Assembly: GCA_027925225.1 (NCBI GenBank)
Contig: AP027131.1
Location: 360,001-392,000, forward strand
Direction: 5' to 3'
From: Candidatus Saccharimonadota bacterium
Lineage (GTDB): Bacteria; Bacillota_I; Bacilli_A; Mycoplasmatales; Hepatoplasmataceae
DNA length: 32,000 nucleotides
Part shown: positions 1 to 10,424 of the stretch, piece after piece
How the letters are laid out: every line of letters begins with the position of its first letter
Position numbering within the stretch: position 1 is the first letter of the stretch
Program-made: the position numbers and the translations under genes
The notes under the pieces: generated by a model
What the model was told of the DNA's origin: nothing
What the model saw: the letters and a program-made list of their open reading frames with translations, nothing else
Databases searched by the model: none

Positions 1-1115
1 CATGTTTCTGAAAATGAAAAATTAGTATCACTTAAAATTGCAATTCTATTTAATTGATTAGTATTTTTTAATCCTCATATTTCAAGTAAAGAAGAATCAC
101 TAATTGTAAAATCTTTTTCATTAGTAAAAGTTAAATATTGTAATACTCCAAAATAATTAATTGCAACATCAGAAATTATTTTATCTGTTTTTACAATATT
201 AAAAGTTGTTTGATTATTGTTTGCTATTTTAGATTTAAAAATTAAAAAATCATAATTTGAATAATTTTCACTTAATGTTGTATTAGTTCTATCATTAAGT
301 AATTTGTAATCAGGAAAAGAATACCCAGAAATTTTTTCTATACCTGTAAAAATATTATTTAAATTTGAGGGTTGAGCAAATTTTGTAAAAGTAATATCAT
401 AATCAGAAATAATACTCATATAAAAACCATAATAGTTTGAATTATTACTATTTGCAGAATTATAAGAAATATTATTAACCTTTTCTCCAATTAAGTTTAA
501 TCATCCATTTTTAAAGAAATCTGTAGTTTTATCATTTGTTGTAGATTTAAAAAAATAAATATTATTATCTGTTATTGAAAAGGGTAATATTTTTTCAGTT
601 AGACTTGCATCTTGATCTGGAATTAATTGAATTTCTTCTATTTCTTTTTCATCTTCTGTTTTTCCAGCTATACTATCAATTCCTATTTTTAAGGAATTAA
701 AAGTATTGTGGATTTTTTTGTGTTCATTAACATTTTCTTCATTTGCTGTTTTTTGATTTAAAGCAACACCAGAAAGTGATTCTAACGAAGAATCAAAAAG
801 AGAAACAGAAGAAGTGTCTATTTCTACTTCATTTTCAGATAATTTATTAATTTTTTTATTATTTAAAAATTTTTTTGATTGATTAAAAACTTCATTCCTA
901 ACTTTAATTAAATTTGTGTCATTTTCGGCACTTTTAATATTAATATTATTTAAACTAGTTTGATTTGTTTTAATATTAATATTTTCTAATTCTTTTACAT
1001 CTAATTTTTTAAAAGGCTTAGAAAACATTTGATTTTCATTTTTTTTAATTGGTGTAAAATTATTATTTTCTTTATTTAAATTTTCGAATTTATTTGTTGT
1101 TTTTTTTAATTTCAT
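1..1115 (-). CDS. Giant-repeat fibre-like protein family, paralog A. The N-terminal 371 codons are in the window and the C-terminus runs off the left edge.
   Basis: The ATG at 1113-1115 is preceded by AAGAGGAG. Track ORFs 501..1115 and 75..419 share one frame and are joined only by in-frame TGA (501-503, 75-77). I found no TAA/TAG in that frame from 1115 down to position 3. The protein aligns with the modules of the next gene (LESLSG..NQ..A.EENVN.H, LIPDQDASL, GWLNLIGE, SDYDITFTKFAQPSN, SSLLEIW). Confidence 0.85.
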
Positions 1116-1232
1116 ATCTCCTCTTTTAAAATATGTTTTTAAATAATTTATTTTATTTTAAAAATAAATATCACACATAACAAAGTAAAAAATAATAATC
1201 AATAATTAACAAAAAGAAATTATTTCATTATT

Positions 1233-1385
1233 AAATTAACATAATATATTTTGACTTAAAAAGTCTTGTTTTTATATTCTAGTTTATATTTTATTGAATT
1301 AAATTTTTTTATCTTATATTTAAAATTAAATCTAAAAATTCAATCAACATAATTTTAATATGTTTTTAAATTATTTATATTAAAT
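1233..1385 (-). promoter_or_regulatory. Conserved upstream block, copy 1 (likely promoter plus leader of paralog A).
   Basis: This block is near-identical to 10220..10372, for example aaattaaca-aatatatttt and tattctagtttatattt-attgaattaaatttt..tatcttatatttaaaattaaatctaaaaattcaatcaa..taattttaat. It begins 118 nt upstream of the ATG, against 119 nt for copy 2. The exact -35/-10 could not be fixed in this AT-rich context. Confidence 0.55.
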
Positions 1386-1410
1386 AATGTAAAAAAATAA
1401 TTTTAAATTA

Positions 1411-1447
1411 AAAAAATAAAAAAAAGAAGTTTAACTTCTTTTTTTTT
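1411..1447 (-). terminator. Rho-independent terminator downstream of the 2877-aa gene.
   Basis: There is a 12-bp stem, aaaaaaaagaag (1418-1429) pairing with cttctttttttt (1435-1446), with loop tttaa. A/T runs flank both sides. It lies about 20 nt after the TAG stop at 1468-1470. Confidence 0.6.
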
Positions 1448-1467
1448 ATAAATTAAATAATTAAATT

Positions 1468-4400
1468 CTAAGATTTTCTTATATAAACATTTAAATTATT
1501 TATTTCATTTTTGCTTAAATTATTATCATTTGATAATTTTTTTACTAAAGATCAATTACCATAATTTGGTAAATATTTATCACCAACAATGATACTACCT
1601 ATTGGAAGCATTAAATTATCAACCATAGATACTAATGAATTTATTTGTGTTTGTAAATTAGTAATAATATTATTATTTTTATTTAGGACATCTCTTTTAA
1701 TTTGATTTATTTGTAAATAAAATCTTCTTAAATCTGTTTTATTTAATTTTTCTGCTAAAAGATTATCAACATAAAGTTTAGATGTTATATTTGAATCTGA
1801 TTTTGGTAATAATGCATTACCATTTCCGTCAATAATATCTACTCCTGTTGTTAGAACTCTTAATTCTGCAACATTTCCATTTTTATTATCAAAATTTTTA
1901 ATAAATGGAGAAGCGTCAACATCATTATAACCAAATAATTTCATTTCATCATTTTCATTATTATTTAAAGAAGTAGGAATTACTTCACTATTTATTGATC
2001 TTTCTAATCTTCTTAATTTTCTTTGGAATCTTCTATTTACTTCTGCTTGATTGTCTCCGCCTTCAAATCTATTGTTTGTTGTTGGTATTTTTGAAGTATT
2101 TAAACTAGAAATTCCATCTTTTCAAATATGATTAATTCCAAAAATTTCTACATTACTTAATTTATTATCAATATTATTAAAAGTACCTGACAATTCATCT
2201 GTTAATGTAAATGTGCTTCTTCCTTCAATTGAAAATTTATTTACATTATTTAATGTTAATGAATTTGTTGGAATTAAAATTCCTGATAATTTACTATCGA
2301 TATAATAAGAAATAAATATAAATTGATAATTACATCATGTTTCTGAAAACACAAAATTAGTATCACTTAAAGTTGCAATTTTATTTAATTGATGATTATT
2401 TTTAAAACCTCATATTCCAAGTAAAGAAGAATCATCAATTGTAAAATCTGTTTCATTATTAAAAGTTAAATATTTTAATGTTCCAAAATAATTTATTGCA
2501 ACATCAGAAACAATTTTATCTGTTTTTACAATATTAAAAGTAGTTTGTTGATTATTATCTATTTGAGATTTAATTATTAAAAAATCATAATTTAAATAGC
2601 TCTCTATTAATGATGTATTTGTTCCATCATTAAGTTTAGTATTTTCAAATGAATATCCCGAAATTCTTTTTATACCTTTAAAACTATTATCTGTATTTGA
2701 AGGTTCAGCAAACTTTGTAAAAGAAACATCGTAATCAGAAACAATATTCATATAAAAACCGTAATAATTTGAATTATTAACATCTGAAATGTTATAAACA
2801 ATATTATTAACATTTTCTTCAACTAAATTAAATCCGGCATTTTTTAAAAAATCTACATTTGCATCACTTGTTGAAGATTTTAAAAAATAAATATTATTAT
2901 TTGTTATTGGATAAGGTAATGTTTTTGAAGAAAGATTTGCATTTTGTCCTGGAATTAAATTAATTTCCTCAAATGCATCTTCATCCGAAATTTTTCCAAT
3001 TGCATTATTTATTTGTTCTGTAAAAGTATTAATAGTATTATGGATAGCAATATGATCATTAACATTTTCTATATTAACTTCTGCTTGAGTAGAAGCACTT
3101 TGAGTAATTGATTCTACCGAAGGATCAACAACTGTTAAAACTGAAGTATTATTTATTTCACTTAATGAAGGTCATTCAGTTATTAAATCACCATTTAAAA
3201 TAAGTTGAGGATAATTATATACACCAGTTTCTATATCTACTAAATCATCAGAATTTGTTTGAGTTTGAATTAAATAAGGATTTATTCCTTCATTTGGATT
3301 TGTGCCACTGTCAACTGTTAATTCTGAAGTATTTGTTGTTGTTGTTACTTCAATTGTTCCGTCTATTATTCCTGTTACTTGTGTATTTAAAGTATCTACT
3401 TCTGTATTTAAAATTTCTATGTTGTCAGCATTTGTCTGAGTTTGAATTAAATAGGGATTTATTCCTTCAGTTGAGCTTTCTTCGCTATCAATTATTAATC
3501 CTGAAGTGCTTGTTGTTGTTGTTACTGCAATTGTTCCATCTTTTATTCCTGCCACTTCTGTATTTAAAGTATCTACTTCTGTATTTAAACTTTCTATATC
3601 TGTGGCATTTGTCTGAGTTTGAATTAAATATGGATTTATTCCTTCAGTTGGATTTGTAGTACTATCATCTATAACTGTTGAAGAATATGAGCTTGTAACA
3701 ATAGGTGTTGTTCCGTCTATTATTCCTGCTACTTCTGTATTTAAAGCATCTATTTCTGTCGCATTTGTCTGAGTTTGAATTAAATATGAATTTATTCCTT
3801 CAGTTGGATTTGTAGTACTATCATCAATAACTGTTGAAGAATAAGAGTTTGTAACAATAGGTGTTGTTCCGTCTATTATTCCTTCTACTTCTGTATTTAA
3901 AGTATCTAATTCTGTACTTAAACTTTCTATATTTGTAGTATTTGTCTGAGTTTGAATTAAATAAGGATTTATTCCGTCATCTGGATTTGTAGTACTATCA
4001 TCTGTTATTTCTGAAGATATAGATGCTCCATCACCCGAAGATCATGTTTCTATTGTTTCTCCGTTTAATGTTAATTGAGGAAAATCATAAGTTCCACTCA
4101 TTATTTCTTCTAAATCACTACTATTTTTAGATACATTTATTTCCATTGCAAGTAAATCTGTTTGATCTGCTTTTGTTTCAATATTTGATTTATTTTCATC
4201 AATTTGTGTTTTTCAAGGATTTATTCCTTCTGTTGGATTTGTAGTACTATCATCTGTTACTTTAGAAGAATCAGAAGTTGTAACAACAGGTGTTGTTCCG
4301 TCTATTATTCCTTCTACTTCTGTATTTAAAGTATCTAATTCTGTATTTAAGGCACCTACTTCTGTATTTAAATTTTCTATATCTGTAACATTAGTCTGAG

Positions 4401-7400
4401 TTTGAATTAAATAAGGATTTATTCCTTCAGTTGGTTTTGTAGCACTATCGTCTGTTACTTTAGAAGAATCAGAAGTTGTAATAATAGGTGTTGTTCCATC
4501 TACTATTCCTTCTACTTCTGTATTTAAGATACCTACTTCTGCATTTAAATTTTCTATTTCTGTAGCATTTGTCTGAGTTTGAATTAAATAAGGATTTATT
4601 CCTTCAGTTGGATTTTCTTCACTATCATCTGTTATTTTTGAAGAAACTGGAACAATAAAAGGTCATTCTGTAATTTCTTCTCCATTTAATGTGATTTTAG
4701 GATAATCATAACTACCATCTTTTATTGTTATTAAATCTGAATTGTTTTGATTAACAATTATATTTGTTTCATCTAAATCTGATTGATCTGCTTTTAATGA
4801 AATATTTCCTGTATTTGTATCAATTTGTGTTTTTCAAGGATTTATCCCTTCGGTTGGATTTATAGCACTATCATCAGTTATTTCTGAAGAACTAAAATCT
4901 ATAGCAATAGGTATTGTCCCATCAATTATTCCTTCTACTTCTGTATTTAAGATACCTACTTCTGTATTTAAATTTTCTATATCTGTAGTATTTGTTTGAA
5001 TTTGAATTAAATAAGGATTTATTCCTTCAGTTGGGTTTTCTTCGCTATCATCTGTTATTTTTGAAGAATTAGAAGTTGTGACAACAGGTGTTGTTCCGTC
5101 TATTATTCCTGTTACTTGTGTATTTAAAGTATCTACTTCTGTATCTAAATTGTTTATACTAACAATATTTTTTTGAGTTTGAATTAAATAAGGATTTATC
5201 CCATCATCTGGATTTGTCCCACTATCATTAATTAATGCAGAAGTGAAAAAAGATATTAAAGTTGTTCCATCTATTATTCCTGTTACTTGTGTATTTAAAG
5301 TATCTAATTCTGTATTTAAAGTATCTACTTCTGTATTTAAAGTATCTATATTTTCAGTATTTGTCTGAGTTTGAATTAAATAAGGATTTATTCCAAGCGT
5401 TGGATTAATGTCACTATCATCAATTACTTCAGAAGATATTAAAGTTCCAATTTCTCCTGAAGGTCAATCTTCAATTGTTTGACCATTTAATGTTAACTGA
5501 GGATAATCATAAGTACCATCTTTTATTTCTTCTAAATCAGAACTGTTTTGAGTTATAACAGTATTTATTGAATCTAAATCAGTTTTATCTGCTTTAGATG
5601 TTTCTAAATATGTTAAACTATTTTGTACATTTTCATTAACTTCTGCTTGATTTTCTCCACCTTCAAGTTCACTATCTGCTGTTTGTAATTTTAAGGTGTT
5701 TATACTAGAAACGCCATCTTTTCAAATATGATTAAGACCATAAATTTCTGTATCACTTAATTTTCCATCATTATTATTAAAAGTTCCTTCTAATTCATTT
5801 ATTAATGTAAAATCATTTCTTCCATCTATTGTAAATCTATTTGCAGTATTAAGTATTATTGAATTTGTTGGTATTAAAACTCCACCTAAAACTCCACTTA
5901 ATTTATAAGAAACAAAAATAAATTGATAATTAGTTCATGCTTCTGAAAAGAGAAAATTATTGTCACTTAAAATTGCAATTCTATTTAATTGATGATTATT
6001 TTTAAAACCTCATATTCCAAGTAAAGAAGAATCACTAATTGTAAAATCTGTTTCACTAGTAAAAGTTAAATATTGTAATGTTCCAAAATAATTCATTGCA
6101 ACATCAGAAACTATCTTATCTGTTTTTACAATATTAAAGGTTGTTTGTTGATTATTTATTATATGAGATTTAATTATTAAGAAATCATAATTTAAATAAC
6201 TTTCACTTAATGTTGTAGTTGTTCTGTCATTAAGTTTAACACTAGAAAACGAATATCCAGAAATTTTGTTTATTCCTGTAAAAGAATTACCTTGATTTGA
6301 GGGTTGAGCAAATTTTGTAAAAGTAACATTATAATCAGAAATAACACTCATGTAGAAACCATAATAATTTGAATTACTACTATTTGAAGCATTATTATGA
6401 ATATTATTAACATTTTCTCCAATTAAATTTAATCCAGCATTTCTAACAAAACTTGAAGTTGAATTTGAATATGAAGACTTAAAAAAGTAAACATCATTAT
6501 CTGTTATTGGATAAAATAATGTTTTTTCAGCTAAACTTGCAACTTGATCTGGAATTAAATCTAATTCCTCAATTAAATCTTCATCTGGAACTCTCCCTAT
6601 TACATTATTTATTTGTGATGTAAAAGTACTAATAGTATTATGAAGAACTATATGATCATTAACATTTTCTTGATTTGCTATTTCTTGATTTATTGCATTG
6701 CCAGAAATTGATTCTAGTGTAGAATCAACAAGATTTATAAGAGAACTATTACTCTCTTGTCCTCCTTCAATTCAATTATTGATTACCTGTCCATTTAAAG
6801 TAAGTTGTGGATAATTATAAGTCCCTTCTTCTATTGCGGTTAAATCTAAATTATTTTGATTAACAATTATATTTGTTGCATCTAAATCAGATTGATTTGC
6901 TTTTAAAGAAATATCTTCAGTGTTTTTATCAACTTGTATTAAAGAAGGATTTATTCCAAGCGTTGGATTTAAATCACTGTCATCAGTTATTCTAGATGAT
7001 GTTGAAGAAGTTAATGAACTTTCTGAAGATCATTCTTCAATTGTTTGTCCATTTAAAGTAAGCTGTGGATAATTATAAGTTCCTTCTTCTATTGAAATTA
7101 AATCTGAATGTACATTTTCATTAACTTCTGCTTGATTTTCTCCACCTTCAAGTTCACTATTTGCTGTTGGTATTTTTGAAGTATTTATATTAGAGTTTCC
7201 TTCTTTTAAAATATGATTAAATCCATAAATTTCTACATCAGTTAATTTTCCATCAGGATTTGAAAAAATACCTTCCAATTCATTTGTTAATTTGAAATTA
7301 TTTCTTCCGTCTATTGAAAATATATTTTCATTATTTGATGTTATTGAATTTGTTGGTATTAAAACACCACCTAAAACTCCACTTATGTAATAAGAAACAA

Positions 7401-10101
7401 AAATAAATTGATAATTAGTTCATGTTTCTGAAAACACAAAATTAGTATCGCTTAAAATTGCAATTTTATTTAATTGACGATTATTTTTAAATCCTCATAT
7501 TCCAAGTAAAGAAGAATCGCTAATTGTAAAATCTGTTTCACTAGTAAAAGTTAAATATTGTAATGTTCCAAAATAATTCATTGCAACATCAGAAATTATT
7601 TTATCGGTTTTAACAACATTAAAAGTTGTTTGTTGATTATTAATTACCTGTGATTTAATTATTAAAAAATCATAATTTAAATAGCTTTCACTCAGTGTTG
7701 TAGTTGTTCTGTCATTAAGCTGAATATTAGAAAATGGATATGCAGAAATTCTCTCTATACCCGTAAAAGAATTACCTTGGTTTGAAGGTTGAGCAAATTT
7801 TGTAAAAGTAATGTCATAATCAGAAACAACATTCATATAAAAACCATAATAATTTGAATTATTACTATTTGAAGCATCGCAAATACTATTATTAACATTT
7901 TCGCCAATTAAATTTAAACCAGTATTTGCAAAAAAATCTCTATTTGCAACACTTGTTGAAGATCTTAAAAAATAAATATAATTATTAGTTATTGGATAAG
8001 GTAATGTTTTTTCAAGTAAATTTGCAATTTGATTTGAAATTAAATTAATTTCCTCAAAGGGTTCTTCATCTACAACTTTTCCTGATATGTTATTTATTAT
8101 CTGATTAAAATTATCAATAGAATCATTAATATATTTATGATCATTAACATTTTCTTGATTTGCTATTTCTTGATTTATTGCAGTACCAGAAAGTGATTCT
8201 AATGAAGGGTCAACAAGTGTTACAAGAGAAGTTTTACTATTTCCTCCCATATCAGATCATTCTGTAATTGTTTGATCACTTAAAGTAAGTTGTGGATAAT
8301 TATAGGTTCCTTCTTCTATTGTAGTTAAGTCTATATTATTTTGATTAACATTGGCATTTGTTGCATCTAAATCAGCTTGATTTGCTTTTAAAGAAATGTC
8401 TTCTTTATTTTTATTAATTTGTATTAAAGAAGGATTTATTCCAAGTGTAGGATTTAAATTACTATCATCAGTTATTTCACTTGATTTTGAAGCGGCAACT
8501 AAACTTTCTGATGGTCAGTTTGTTATAACTTTACCATTTAAAGTAAGTTTTTGATAATCATAAGTCCCATCTTCTATTTCATTTAAATCAGCGTGTACAC
8601 TTTTATTAACTTGCTCTTGATTATTTCCTCCTTCAAGCGAAGAATCTACTGTTGGTATTTTTGAAGTACCTAAACTTGAAACTCAATTTTCAAAAATGTG
8701 ATTAATTCCATAAATTTCTACATCAGTTAATTTTCCATCAACATTATTAAAAGTACCCTCTAATTCATTTTTTAAAACCACGATACTTCTTCCATCTATT
8801 GAAAATTTAATATTTATATTTAAAGCTATTGAATTTGTTGGTATTAAAACACCGCCTAAAACTCCACTTATGTAATAAGAAACAAAAATAAATTGATAAT
8901 TAGTTCATGTTTCTGCAAATGAAAAATTAGCAGCATTTAAAATTGCAATTCTTCTTAATTGACGATTATTTTTAAAACCTCATATTCCAAGTAAAGAAGA
9001 ATCACTAATTGTAAAATCTGTTTCACTAGTGAAAGTTAAATACTGTAATGTTCCAAAATAATTCATTGCAACATCAGAAACTATCTTATCTGTTTTTACA
9101 ATATTAAAGTTTGTTTGTTGATTATTTGCTATCTGAGATTTAATTATTAAGAAATCATAATTCAAATAACTTTCACTTAATGTTGTAGTTGTTCTGTCAT
9201 TAAGATTCACACTAGAAAAAGAATATCCAGAAATTTTTGCTATTCCTCTGAAAGCATTAGAAGAATTTGAAGGTTGAGCAAATTTTGAAAAAGTAATGTC
9301 ATAATCAGAAACAACACTAGCAAAAATACCAATATAATTTGAATTATTACTATTTGAAGAATTGTAGAGAGTAGTATTAAAATTTTCACCAATCAAATTT
9401 AATCCTGCGTTTTTAAAAAAAACTTCATTTGAAGTAGATGATAAACATTTTAAAAAATAAACATCATTATTTGTTATTGGATAAGGTAATGTTTTCTCAG
9501 CTAGACTTGCATCTTGATCAGGAATTAAATCAATTTCTTCAAATGCTTCTTCATCTGCTATTTTCCCTAATATATTATTTATTTCTAGCGAAAAACTACT
9601 AACAGTATTGTTAATAGAAATATGATCATTTACATTCTCTTTATTTGCAATTTCTTGATTTACTGCAGTTCCGGAAATTGACTCTAATGAAGAATTACTT
9701 AATACTAAAAGTGAAGTATCAGTTATTTCTTCATTAATAGATTGATTTTCTGTAATTTGATTTTTTAAAATAGATTTTGAAAAATCATTTAATGATTTAT
9801 TTTTTATTGATTTTAAATTTAATATTTTTTGATTTTTATTTAAATCAATATTTGTTTTATTTGATATATTTTGATTAATATTTTTTCTATTATTAGAAAA
9901 AATAATTTTCTTTGTTTTATTTATTTCTTGTTGAGAATTTACATTTTTAAAAGTTTTATCAACAGGAATAATTTTTGTGTTTTGAAATTTCCTTATATTT
10001 AATTTTAAGGGGTCTTTCTTAATAGATGTATTTTTATTAATTTCTAAATTACTAGTTTTATCTAAAGTTTTAGAGTTTTTTTTTGTTTTTTCAAATTTCA
10101 T
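1468..10101 (-). CDS. Giant modular repeat protein, paralog B (2877 aa with TGA=Trp). It has four ~330-aa beta-rich 'SDYD...LLGIW' globular modules, a GINPY short-repeat array, and a coiled-coil/tail-fibre-like C-terminal tip.
   Basis: I split every line from 10101 down to 1468 into codons in the frame whose plus-strand triplets start at 1 mod 3. No TAA/TAG occurs until the TAG at 1468-1470, and there are many in-frame TGA. All seven track ORFs (8980..10101, 7495..8250, 7030..7278, 6010..6351, 3172..3555, 2410..2751, 1552..1944) lie in this one frame. The ATG at 10099-10101 is preceded by AAAGAGGGA, with an in-frame upstream TAA at 10120-10122. Confidence 0.88.
3170..5460 (-). repeat. In-frame tandem array of ~170-180 bp (about 57-60 aa) 'GINPYLIQTQTN...LNTEV...IIDGTTP' units. 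It is interrupted three times by 'Y-D/N-Y/F-P-x-[IL]-[TN]-L-N-G-x-x-[IV]-[TE]-x-W' units.
   Basis: The string gtttgaattaaataaggatttattcc recurs near 3265, 3441, 3613, 3773, 3951, 4401, 4580, 5001, 5180 and 5370. The interrupting units lie near 4040-4100, 4660-4700 and 5460-5500. This array forms the 2.1-kb extra length between module anchors 6010 and 2410. Confidence 0.85.
6010..9700 (-). repeat. 1485-bp (495-aa) direct repeat modules inside paralog B.
   Basis: The 'LLGIW' TGA anchors at 8980, 7495 and 6010 are spaced exactly 1485 bp. The 'LES[LI]SG.A[IV]NQEIA..ENVNDH' anchors near 9690, 8205 and 6720 are spaced about 1485 bp. Stretches such as 5941-6120, 7441-7620 and 8941-9120 are nearly identical at DNA level. 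Further copies lie at 1950-3130 and in paralog A (1-800). Confidence 0.85.
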
Positions 10102-10219
10102 ATTCCCTCTTTTTATTATTTATGTATTAAAATTAAATAAAATTTTATTTTAATAAAAATATACACACGCAAAAAAATAAAAATTATTTAGCAAAACTAC
10201 ATAATTATTTATTTTTTTT

Positions 10220-10372
10220 AAATTAACACAATATATTTTTATTTATAATATCTTTTTTTGTTTTATATTCTAGTTTATATTTATTGAATTAAATTTTCTA
10301 TCTTATATTTAAAATTAAATCTAAAAATTCAATCAAAGTAATTTTAATGTTTTTTTATTATTTATATTAAAT
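10220..10372 (-). promoter_or_regulatory. Conserved upstream block, copy 2 (likely promoter plus leader of paralog B).
   Basis: See copy 1. The proximal leader is also homologous: ttattttaataaaaatatacacacgcaaaaaa here versus ttattttaaaaataaatatcacacataacaaa in copy 1. Confidence 0.55.
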
Positions 10373-10424
10373 ATTTTTAATTTTTTTTAATTTACAAATA
10401 GACAAAAATTAAATAAATTTAATT

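Noticed and set aside
3255-3659. Plus-strand 134-aa ORF rich in Leu/Phe inside the GINPY array.
   Set aside because: It is an antisense artefact of the repeat array in the 2877-aa gene. It is low-complexity, has no start context, and mirrors the sense-strand periodicity.
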